Assembly (NCBI GenBank): GCA_017618795.1
Contig: JAFZTO010000054.1
Span: 1 to 33,834 of the forward strand
DNA length: 33,834 nucleotides
Direction: 5' to 3'
From: Clostridia bacterium
GTDB lineage: Bacteria > Bacillota > Clostridia > Oscillospirales > CAG-272
This document shows positions 17,081-25,688 of the stretch, one piece after another. Position numbers and translations under genes: made by a program. Below the pieces are notes generated by a model. That model was not told the origin of the DNA, ran no database searches, and saw only the letters and a list, made by a program, of their open reading frames with translations. Each line of letters opens with the position of its first letter. Within the stretch, counting starts at the first letter, position 1.

Positions 17081-18523
17081 ATGAAAATTAAAATAACTGC
17101 GCTGTTTCTGGTCTGTCTCATGTTCGCGGCGGTATTTGCCGGATGCGGAAACGGGGGCGTAAAACCCGGAAACACGACAAACAATGACGACGGCAAGCTT
17201 GAGGCAAGCCTGTCGATACTTCCCAAAAAAGATTACGACGGATACGATTTTGTCATAACGTATCGCGATCTTTACAATTCCGTGGACGACATGGCCTTCA
17301 GTCAGGACAACGACAACGTGCTCGACAAGGCTCTTTATGACCGCGCCATGAAGGTTATGGACTACTACCACGTCAATATTGTTCCCAACGTCATTCAGGG
17401 CGACTGGGCGGGACAGGGAGCGCTTGAATCCCTTGTTGTCGGCGACAACGATTACGACATTATAATGCCCCATTCCCACATAGCGTGGGGGACGTACATA
17501 ACAAACGGTTACGCGCTCGAATGGACTGAAAATATGAAATACAACCATCTGGATCAGGCGTGGTGGGATCAGGGTGCGTACGAATGCCTGTCGGTCGGAA
17601 ACAAGTATTACACCATGCTCGGTGATTTCAGCTGGAAACTTACGGGGTCATCAGTTGGCGTGCTGTTCAACAAGGCGGTGTTCGACGAGATAAACGAGAA
17701 ATACCCGTACGAGTACGTCGACAACATGACGTGGACTTTCGACGTTTTTCATGAGATCGCCAGACGTTCGGTCAAGGATATGGACGGCGACGGACAGATA
17801 ACGCTCGGGAACGACAGATTCGGCTACACAACCAATTTGTATATGGGTCCGGTCGGCTTTCTGTGGACTACGGGCAACGGAATAATCGGCAAGGACGGCG
17901 ACGACGTACCGTATCTGGACGTATACCATGAGTCGACAGTCAACTTGTACGACAAATTTTTCAAAATGATGGGCGAGAACGGGTTTTATATTCACAACAA
18001 CCGCGACAGTTTCCAAACACAGGCCCATCAGGAATTTGTTAACGAGCAGGTCGTAATGATCGACACTTTGATTGAGAACATAAGCCAGCTCAGAAACATG
18101 TACGACTGGGGCATAGTTCCCTATCCCATGTTCACGGAATCCGTCGGCAGGTACTATTCGACGGCGGACGCCGGAGTTCATTCCCCGGTCATTCCGTACA
18201 ACACGAAAGACCCCGACAGGACGAGCATGGTCCTGGAGGCACTGGCGATAGAGGGTTACAATCAGGTGATTCCGGCGTTTTACGACGTGACGCTTCAGAT
18301 CAAGTATACGGACGACGACAAATCGCGCGACATGCTTGATCTTATAAGAGGCACAAGGCGGTTTGACCTCGCATATTATTCCAACAGTTGCGGATCCGAT
18401 TTCGCGCTTGTCGGTACAAGGTTGTTCCTTGAAGGTTCTTCGTTTACAAACTTTTACGCAAAACACGAGGAAATGGCAAGGGAAAGCATTGATGAATTCA
18501 TAGAGGTTCTGATCGGAAAATAA
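17081..18523 (+). CDS. Extracellular solute-binding lipoprotein (carbohydrate ABC-type)
   Basis: Lipobox VFAGC; LFNK..F, WTFD.F, DMDGDG, WGIVPYP and LEALA motifs typical of clostridial sugar-binding proteins. Confidence 0.82.
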   Translation: MKIKITALFLVCLMFAAVFAGCGNGGVKPGNTTNNDDGKLEASLSILPKKDYDGYDFVITYRDLYNSVDDMAFSQDNDNVLDKALYDRAMKVMDYYHVNIVPNVIQGDWAGQGALESLVVGDNDYDIIMPHSHIAWGTYITNGYALEWTENMKYNHLDQAWWDQGAYECLSVGNKYYTMLGDFSWKLTGSSVGVLFNKAVFDEINEKYPYEYVDNMTWTFDVFHEIARRSVKDMDGDGQITLGNDRFGYTTNLYMGPVGFLWTTGNGIIGKDGDDVPYLDVYHESTVNLYDKFFKMMGENGFYIHNNRDSFQTQAHQEFVNEQVVMIDTLIENISQLRNMYDWGIVPYPMFTESVGRYYSTADAGVHSPVIPYNTKDPDRTSMVLEALAIEGYNQVIPAFYDVTLQIKYTDDDKSRDMLDLIRGTRRFDLAYYSNSCGSDFALVGTRLFLEGSSFTNFYAKHEEMARESIDEFIEVLIGK

Positions 18524-18531
18524 AATCAAAA

Positions 18532-18555
18532 TCTCCCTCCCAAACGGGAGGGAGA
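18532..18555. terminator. Terminator hairpin between the convergent solute-binding protein and AraC genes
   Basis: TCTCCCTCCC-AAAC-GGGAGGGAGA, with an A-run on the left giving a U-tract for the minus strand. Confidence 0.8.
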
Positions 18556-18559
18556 AATA

Positions 18560-19489
18560 TTATTGTTTTATTTCGGTCCTTCTTTTTCTGATTTCTGTCG
18601 GCAGAAGATTTTTTCTCTGCTTCATGCATTTGACGAGGTGTGAGGAATCGTAAAATCCGCATTCCGCGGCTATTTCCGCGACGCTCATGTCACTCCCTTC
18701 AAGCAGTTCCTTTGCCTTTTCAAGACGGAAATTTATTATGTATTCGTTGGGGGTCATGCCGAGATAACCGCGGAACACCTCGTGAACCTTCGATCTTGAC
18801 ACGCCGAGTTCAAAGGCGATTGTTTCCACGTTGAGCGGTTCCCCGTATCGTGTGCTGATTATTTCAAAGAAATCAACAAGCAGTTTTTCGTCGGTCGAAC
18901 GTTTGGCGGTCGGGACTGCTGACGCGGTTTGGCCGGTGTAGATCTCGCACAGGTCGGCGATCAGCTCCTCGGTCCGCGAATGAATCCGGAGAGCGTCGCT
19001 TACGCTGATTTCCGGCAGGACCGCTATCATGGCGGTGCGCTCAATGCTGTTGAAGATTCTTTCGTAATCAGCGCCTTTTAAGCGGAGAAATCCGGGTATT
19101 CCGGCAAGTATCCGGAGGCTAGGGCGTATGTTGAAAAGGCTGTTGTAACCGGGAAGGGGCAGAAATTCGTCCTGCCGTTTGAGAAAGAAATCGTTGTGTA
19201 TGATAATGTGGTAAACCGAAAGGTTGTCGCAGCTGTAGTAGCCGTGGGAATCGCCCGGAGGCATGACGAAGAAATCCCCGACTGAAAGCTCGAAAATACG
19301 GTCGGCAATGTAAACGACACCTTCCCCTCCTATTATGAAATTGAGTTCGTGGTAGTCGTCGTGGCTGTGAAGTCCTATTGAGTAGTCGTTAAACAGCAGG
19401 TGTTTTACGAGCAGATAGCTTCCGGCGTGTTTGGGGCTGCTGACCCAGGGAGAGTTTATGCAGGTACCTATCGTCTTAGGATAATACAT
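18560..19489 (-). CDS. AraC-family transcriptional regulator with N-terminal cupin domain
   Basis: LHSHDDYHE...H cupin; C-terminal double HTH (RLEKAKELL, IAAECGFYDSSH). Confidence 0.93.
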   Translation of the reverse strand: MYYPKTIGTCINSPWVSSPKHAGSYLLVKHLLFNDYSIGLHSHDDYHELNFIIGGEGVVYIADRIFELSVGDFFVMPPGDSHGYYSCDNLSVYHIIIHNDFFLKRQDEFLPLPGYNSLFNIRPSLRILAGIPGFLRLKGADYERIFNSIERTAMIAVLPEISVSDALRIHSRTEELIADLCEIYTGQTASAVPTAKRSTDEKLLVDFFEIISTRYGEPLNVETIAFELGVSRSKVHEVFRGYLGMTPNEYIINFRLEKAKELLEGSDMSVAEIAAECGFYDSSHLVKCMKQRKNLLPTEIRKRRTEIKQ

Positions 19490-19520
19490 TTTTACATTTC
19501 TCCGTCGTTAAATTAGTAAT

Positions 19521-19549
19521 ATTGTATCATACTTTTTTATGAAAGTCAA
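19521..19549 (-). promoter_or_regulatory. sigmaA promoter for the AraC gene
   Basis: Minus strand TTGACT-17 bp-TACAAT with TGn. Confidence 0.7.
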
Positions 19550-19554
19550 GTAAT

Positions 19555-21399
19555 ATGTTTAAAAAAATACTCTTTTTATTTTGCGCTGCTTTGCTGTTAT
19601 CTGTTTTATGTCTGTCTTTGATTTCCGCGACAGGATACGACGGTATGCCGGAGAGCCGCGTGTCAACTCCTCCTATGGGTTTCAATACATGGTTTATTTA
19701 CACGGACCTGTACAACGAGGATAAAATCAAACTTGTTGCCGATAAGCTTGTCAGCACCGGTCTGCGAGATTTGGGATATACATATATACAGATAGACGTT
19801 GGTCTGTGTGTTGCCGGCAGCGGATATGAAACAAGAGATGCAAACGGCAATCTAAAAGCCGATCCGAACCGCTTCCCAGGAGGTATACTGCCACTTGCCG
19901 AATACATTCACAGAAACGGGCTGAAAGTTGGATATTATACTGATCTTGGTGTTACCGGCTGCGGAAACGAGCAGGGCAGTTACGGTCATTACCGGCAGGA
20001 TGTCAACACATTTATATCATGGGGAGCGGACCTTATCAAAGTTGACAGCGGCGGCGGTCATGTAGATTATGAAAGTCACGCGGCGGCCTATCGTGATTTT
20101 ATTGACGGGATAATAGATGCTTCACCCGACAGAAAGATTGCCTTCAATATATGCTGCGGCGGAGGGTTCGGAGTCGAAAGCTTCGGACCGGAACTGGCTT
20201 CGGATTATTATAGCAAAGTGGGAGCGCCGGTTTTTTACCGAACCAATTATGATATATCAGCTTCGATGCCGATTGTTTTCTGGGATGATGACACGCATAG
20301 CGTGATCAGAACATTCGATAAGACCGCAGAGCATCCGGAGAACTCTTTCCCCGGTGGCTTCAACGATATGGATGCCTTGATTCTTGAATACAACGGTCTT
20401 ACACCGGATGAAAACAGGGCTTACTTCACTCTGTGGTGCATACAGTCCTCTCCCCTGTTGCTGGCAGTCGATCTTCCAAACATAAAAAGCGAAACCCTTG
20501 AAATGATTAGCAACAAAGAGGTTATAGCGGTGGATCAGGATCCGCTATGCAAGGCTGCTACCAAAACCAGCGAGACAACGGAGGGGCTTCAGGTTTGGTC
20601 AAAAATCATGCAGGACGAAAACGGCAAGGCTGTACGTTGCGTTACGCTGTTCAACAGGACCGATGAGAAGCGTGAGATTGGGGTAACATGGAATGAGCTT
20701 GGTATGCTTGACAGCTGCTCGGTGCGTGATTTGTGGGAAAAAAAGGATCTTGGATTATTTGAGAAAGGTTTTTCGTGCGAGGTACCATCTCACGGCGTAG
20801 TCTTGCTGAAAGTCACCGGCATGTCCGACGGAAGAACCGAAGCCGAGGATTTCAGTTCATCATCATTACAATCTGTAAAAGCGGAGAAATGCGAAGAAAG
20901 TACGCTTGATGTCGGAAACATTACCAAAGGCTGTTGCCTGAAGTACGATAAAATAGATTTCGGAAGCGGGGGAACATCTCTTGAAGTCAGAGCGGCCGCA
21001 ATTTCAGATGGTGTTCTTGAACTGAGAATAGACTCGGCGGACGGCGAGATTATATCCGAGTGCTTTATTAGCGGAACTGGCGGTTCGCAGAACTGGGAGA
21101 CATACACATCGCGAATAAACAGCATAAAAGGATTCCATGATGTGTATATAACCTACAGAAGCGATTTTGAAGAACCGCTGAAACTGAATTGGTTCAGGGT
21201 CAATCATGAAGGAAAAACAGAAGAAAAATCTGGATATGAAATTGAAAGACGGACAGTATTTCATCAAGATGTTCTTAAGACGGCAGTAATAGTTGTTTTG
21301 TCTTTAACATCACTGGCTGGAATTATTACTGTTGTATGGCTTTACGTTGTATGGTCAAAAAAGACTGATGCTTCGTTACTGAAAGGGGAAAAGAATTGA
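19555..21399 (+). CDS. GH27 glycoside hydrolase with CBM6-like module and C-terminal membrane anchor
   Basis: Signal peptide; TPPMGFNTW, WGADLIKVD (nucleophile), YRTNYD (acid/base), NDMDAL, IAVDQDPL and VRDLW; EAEDF...IDFG...HDVY CBM6; TM tail. No clear RBS. Confidence 0.88.
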   Translation: MFKKILFLFCAALLLSVLCLSLISATGYDGMPESRVSTPPMGFNTWFIYTDLYNEDKIKLVADKLVSTGLRDLGYTYIQIDVGLCVAGSGYETRDANGNLKADPNRFPGGILPLAEYIHRNGLKVGYYTDLGVTGCGNEQGSYGHYRQDVNTFISWGADLIKVDSGGGHVDYESHAAAYRDFIDGIIDASPDRKIAFNICCGGGFGVESFGPELASDYYSKVGAPVFYRTNYDISASMPIVFWDDDTHSVIRTFDKTAEHPENSFPGGFNDMDALILEYNGLTPDENRAYFTLWCIQSSPLLLAVDLPNIKSETLEMISNKEVIAVDQDPLCKAATKTSETTEGLQVWSKIMQDENGKAVRCVTLFNRTDEKREIGVTWNELGMLDSCSVRDLWEKKDLGLFEKGFSCEVPSHGVVLLKVTGMSDGRTEAEDFSSSSLQSVKAEKCEESTLDVGNITKGCCLKYDKIDFGSGGTSLEVRAAAISDGVLELRIDSADGEIISECFISGTGGSQNWETYTSRINSIKGFHDVYITYRSDFEEPLKLNWFRVNHEGKTEEKSGYEIERRTVFHQDVLKTAVIVVLSLTSLAGIITVVWLYVVWSKKTDASLLKGEKN

Positions 21400-22244
21400 A
21401 AAAAATATTGCTATCGCTTACAGTGTTATTTGCTGTCACGTTTTGTCCTTGTCTTTTCTCAAATGCGCAGAACACTTCGGAGTCTATTATTTGGATGGCA
21501 GATGATCTGCGCGATTATTTCAGCGATGAGGCTGTAACCCCTGAGAATTATTCGATTTTTGATGGCTCATTTAGGATTGAATCGCGAAGATCGGGTAATT
21601 ATCGCATCACATTTGCCATAATACGGCCACATAAATGGTCGGAGACTTTTATGCCGCCGGATATTACCAAACTTAGCATAATGGCTGTCAAATACAAAAC
21701 AAACGCGGCTCTTGTGCTGGAATTTCATCCTAACACATATGGCGGTTACACATTTACGGACAGCGGAGCTTCACCGAGTGGTCAGCTTACGGTCTGGCCC
21801 CAGACAAGACGGCAGGACATGGTTCCGGATGGAGAATGGCACCTTCTGACGATTGATCTGTCATCGCTTAAAGAAAAGACTTCAGCCCGTAATTACCTTG
21901 GCATGTTGCGGTATGATCTTGTTTACCGGCACGAGGCTGGCGGTACTGAACAGACGGATATTGATTATATAGGTTTTTTTGCGACGGTTGAAGATGCAAT
22001 AGCATATGAAGAAGCACAGACTCGTCACACTGCCGTTATTGATGCATGCGTTGTTGCTGAACAAGCGAAAAAAAACACGGATGATACGTCGGTCAACAAA
22101 AAAGCGACTAAAGATATGGGCAATGGAACTGTTAGCAGAACGTTCATAACGGTTGCCGCGGTACTGCTTATAGTTACGCTTGGGTCAGTTGTTGCGGCTG
22201 TTATTCTGATCAAACGTATAAGAGAGAAAAAACAATTACACTGA
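21396..22244 (+). CDS. Secreted, C-terminally anchored protein with one copy of the unnamed beta-sandwich domain
   Basis: TTG start after AAAGGGG; signal peptide; MAVKYKT...DGEWHLLTIDLS...LRYD...YIGFFATVEDAIAY; TM and basic tail. Confidence 0.7.
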   Translation: MKKILLSLTVLFAVTFCPCLFSNAQNTSESIIWMADDLRDYFSDEAVTPENYSIFDGSFRIESRRSGNYRITFAIIRPHKWSETFMPPDITKLSIMAVKYKTNAALVLEFHPNTYGGYTFTDSGASPSGQLTVWPQTRRQDMVPDGEWHLLTIDLSSLKEKTSARNYLGMLRYDLVYRHEAGGTEQTDIDYIGFFATVEDAIAYEEAQTRHTAVIDACVVAEQAKKNTDDTSVNKKATKDMGNGTVSRTFITVAAVLLIVTLGSVVAAVILIKRIREKKQLH

Positions 22245-22259
22245 AAAGGAGTTAGAATT

Positions 22260-24095
22260 ATGAGTGCAGTTTTTTATAAAGGGGCAATGGGTGCTTTTGT
22301 TGATTCGGTTGAAGACAGCGTTCCGGTTCGTTTCAGATATAACGGCAGGGAATTTGATTTCAGCCGTACCGGAAACGATGAGTGGAGTTGTTCGAGGGGT
22401 GGACTTGAAATAAAAATAATACGCAGATGTGACGAAAAACACGATGCACTGATCTACCGGACTGAGATTAAAAATATATCGGGATCTATTGTTACCGGCT
22501 TTGATCTGACCCCGATTTTTATAAGAATGAACACCGTTGTGAACGGACGTCCGCGCGTACGCACGATGGAGGGGTGCCGTCATTATGATTCGACCTGTCC
22601 GACAAGAGCATTTCACCTGAGAGACTATACATTTATGACACACGATCACAGCCGGGCTGTTGAAATCGGCGGGAACTGCTCAAGAGAGTGGTCGCCCGTA
22701 ATGCAGTTTGCGGTAAGCGGAGTGACAAAAAGCGGTTTCTTTGTTCTTCCGGAATGGTCGGCAAGCTGGACTCTCAAGGCAGGTCATGAGTTTGACACGT
22801 TTTCCGGAGAGCCGGGCAATCCTTTTGTAGTACAGGGCACGATGGCTACTTTGGTTGATTCAGTCCAGCCCGGCGAGACGGTTGTTATGCCGAATGTTCA
22901 CCTGGTATTCTTTGATGAAAAGGAATGGGATGAGGCGGATAACCGTTTGAGACGCTATCTGACAGATATTTCAGCAAGGCTGAACGGCAGAATTCATTAC
23001 CCCGTTTCGTATGACCACTGGTTCGGGATTTACGGCAGATTCGATGTAAACTATCTGATGGAACAGGCAAAAAGAGCTGCTGAACTCGGTTGCGAGTATT
23101 TCTGCCTCGACGCTATGTGGTACAAACCGTGCGGAGACGGTCTCTCAACAGGCAACTGGGACACGCCGGATCCGAATAAATTTCCGAACGGTAAGGCTGA
23201 TATAAAACGGCTTGCCCATTATGTAAGAAGTCTCGGAATGGGCTTCGGCATCTGGCATCTTCTGCAGTTATGTTATGAGGGAAGCACTGCCAGGGAAAAA
23301 TATCCTGAGGCTTTTGACGATATTCTTCTTGCTCTTGACCGCGAGGAAGGATTTAATTATGCGCTTGACACGATTTCGAGTTATGTTGAGGATTACGGCA
23401 TTACATGGACACGGTTTGAAAGTTTTGCGCATGACGGGCTGAAATACAACCGCAACTACGACAGGCTGATTAATACGCTGAGAAAAAAATATCCTGATCT
23501 TTACATAGAGATATGCTCCGGAGGCGGACAGAGACTCGATATAAACAGTATACTCCGTACCGACGGAAACTGGCTCAGCGATCATACAAGCAGCCCGGAA
23601 GGCTGTCGCATGGCACAGACAGGAGCGTTGAGATTCTGGCCCGCCCATTTTCTCAATATGGCGGTCACGGCATTCAAAGGACGTGCTTCGCAGACTGCGA
23701 CGCTGTATGAAGGAATTTCGCGAATGCCCGGCGTGCTGTCGTTCAACGGAGCGATTTCGGAATGGACAGACGAGGAAACTGCTCTGATGAAGCAATGCGT
23801 CGATGTGTACAAAGCTACGCGCCATCTTAAGGATCAGCCTGTGTTCTTTCCGCTCGGTCAGCCGCAGAGCGTTGACGATTGGGAAAGCGTCGTGGTGGGC
23901 GACGGTTCGGGAGAAGCACAGCTTCTCTTCGTGTTCAGGCTTGAAGGCAAGGATTGCACATCATTCACCGCTCCGGGGAGCGGGGAATGGGAAAAACTTA
24001 TCGAGAGCGACATGACCGAACTCAGTCAGAACGGGGACTGCATTACTGTAAAAATGCCCCAATACTGCGGGGCAATCTGGATAAGAAAGCACTGA
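22260..24095 (+). CDS. GH36-like glycoside hydrolase, cytoplasmic, with a non-canonical active site
   Basis: AAELGCEYFCLDAMW, GNW..D..KFPNG, GMGFGIW, EICSGGGQRLD and WLSD; AAGGAG RBS; no signal peptide. Confidence 0.8.
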   Translation: MSAVFYKGAMGAFVDSVEDSVPVRFRYNGREFDFSRTGNDEWSCSRGGLEIKIIRRCDEKHDALIYRTEIKNISGSIVTGFDLTPIFIRMNTVVNGRPRVRTMEGCRHYDSTCPTRAFHLRDYTFMTHDHSRAVEIGGNCSREWSPVMQFAVSGVTKSGFFVLPEWSASWTLKAGHEFDTFSGEPGNPFVVQGTMATLVDSVQPGETVVMPNVHLVFFDEKEWDEADNRLRRYLTDISARLNGRIHYPVSYDHWFGIYGRFDVNYLMEQAKRAAELGCEYFCLDAMWYKPCGDGLSTGNWDTPDPNKFPNGKADIKRLAHYVRSLGMGFGIWHLLQLCYEGSTAREKYPEAFDDILLALDREEGFNYALDTISSYVEDYGITWTRFESFAHDGLKYNRNYDRLINTLRKKYPDLYIEICSGGGQRLDINSILRTDGNWLSDHTSSPEGCRMAQTGALRFWPAHFLNMAVTAFKGRASQTATLYEGISRMPGVLSFNGAISEWTDEETALMKQCVDVYKATRHLKDQPVFFPLGQPQSVDDWESVVVGDGSGEAQLLFVFRLEGKDCTSFTAPGSGEWEKLIESDMTELSQNGDCITVKMPQYCGAIWIRKH

Positions 24096-24235
24096 TGCGG
24101 CTTGCGGCCTTTCAACATAAGGCTGTCTTGTACATCAAAACATTGTGCGTTTGATTAGCGACATATGTTTTGCTTAAGGTTGAAAAAAGCGGCAACTGTT
24201 ACCGCTTGAATGAAATAATGGAAAACGAAAAACAC

Positions 24236-25666
24236 ATGGTAAGAAAATCACTGACAATAACAGCGGCTGTTCTGCTTTCCGCGATTTTTTGCGCAACGGC
24301 CGTCTTTTCAGCAAACAAGGAGTATCCCGTGACAGGAAACGGTATGTCTGCCCCTCCGATGGGGTTCAACACATGGTACGTCTATCTGGACGGATGGACG
24401 CAGGAAACAATAAAGGACGTTGTCGGTGCGCTTGAGGCAAAGGGCCTGCGCGACCTCGGATACCAGTATATTCAGCTTGACTGGGGCTGGTGCGCGGGCA
24501 ACAGAAGCTGGTACGAAAAAAGGACCGAAAGTGGGAAAATGAATCCCGATCCGTGGAAATTCACCTCTCCCGTCCCGCTTCTCGCAAACTATCTGCACAG
24601 GCGCGGTTTCCGCATCGGGTACTATACCGACACGGGTTTTGACGGCGTGGGAGAGGGCATAGGCTCTGCCGGCCACTACGAGGACGACATAAATCAGTTC
24701 GTCGGCTGGCAGATGGATTTCCTGAAGGTCGACAGCGGGGGAGGCCATCCTCTTCACGACACCCTGGCGGAGGCTTACGCCGAAATATTCGAGGCTATCA
24801 TCAGTTCGGGGTCGGAAGTCGGCATACCGGTCTGCCTGTGCGGAATTGACGTGAACAGCGTTGCTCCGCTTTACGAAAAATACGTCGGGGATAAAATCCC
24901 GTTTATCTATTACCGCGTCGCGGCGGACATAAGCTCGTCGATTCCGAAAGTGAACTGGGACGACCCGGTTTTCAGCGTTCTGACGACTTTTGACGCGGCA
25001 ATGGCTCATCCCGAGATGTCAAGACCGGGGCTGTATTTCGACATGGATACGCTGATGCTTGAAAACAACGGTCTGAGCGACGAGGAGAACAGGTCGTATT
25101 TCACCATGTTCTGCATAGCTCCGTCGACCCTGTTTCTGGCGGTGGATATTCCGAATATGTCGGACAAAACTCTTGAGCTGATTTCAAACGAGGAGGCGAT
25201 CGCGGTCAATCAGGATCCGCTCTGCAACGCGGCGCGTCTTGTGCGCGAGGATTCGTCGGGGCTTCAGGTTTACAGCAAGGTGCAGAGTGACGAAAAGGGG
25301 CATAAGGTGCGCGCCGTCATGCTGCTCAACCGGACCGGAGAAGAACGGGAGATATCGGTAAACTGGAAGGACATAGGACTTGACGGAAACTGCTTTATAC
25401 GCGACATTTGGCAGAAGGCGGATGTTGCTCCGTCCGCGGAGGGGTACGTTTCTTCCGTCCCGTCACACGGTGTCGTTTTTCTGAAAATCACCGAAGAGGC
25501 CGTCGATCCGGATTATAAAGAACCCGAATCATCGGCGGAGGACACGCAGGGAACGGACAGCGGTAAAAAAGGGGGAATCAGCGTCCCGGCCGTTATCGCC
25601 GCGTCAGGCGCCGGCGCTATCGTAATTGCTGCGGCTGCGTTCGTGGCGTTCCGCAAAAAGAAATGA
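24236..25666 (+). CDS. GH27 glycoside hydrolase, secreted, C-terminal membrane anchor
   Basis: Signal peptide from MVRKS (alternative ATG at 24218); PPMGFNTW, FLKVD, YRVAAD and IAVNQDPL; TM ending FRKKK. Confidence 0.87.
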   Translation: MVRKSLTITAAVLLSAIFCATAVFSANKEYPVTGNGMSAPPMGFNTWYVYLDGWTQETIKDVVGALEAKGLRDLGYQYIQLDWGWCAGNRSWYEKRTESGKMNPDPWKFTSPVPLLANYLHRRGFRIGYYTDTGFDGVGEGIGSAGHYEDDINQFVGWQMDFLKVDSGGGHPLHDTLAEAYAEIFEAIISSGSEVGIPVCLCGIDVNSVAPLYEKYVGDKIPFIYYRVAADISSSIPKVNWDDPVFSVLTTFDAAMAHPEMSRPGLYFDMDTLMLENNGLSDEENRSYFTMFCIAPSTLFLAVDIPNMSDKTLELISNEEAIAVNQDPLCNAARLVREDSSGLQVYSKVQSDEKGHKVRAVMLLNRTGEEREISVNWKDIGLDGNCFIRDIWQKADVAPSAEGYVSSVPSHGVVFLKITEEAVDPDYKEPESSAEDTQGTDSGKKGGISVPAVIAASGAGAIVIAAAAFVAFRKKK

Positions 25667-25688
25667 CAGTATGAAAGGGAAAAAGACA

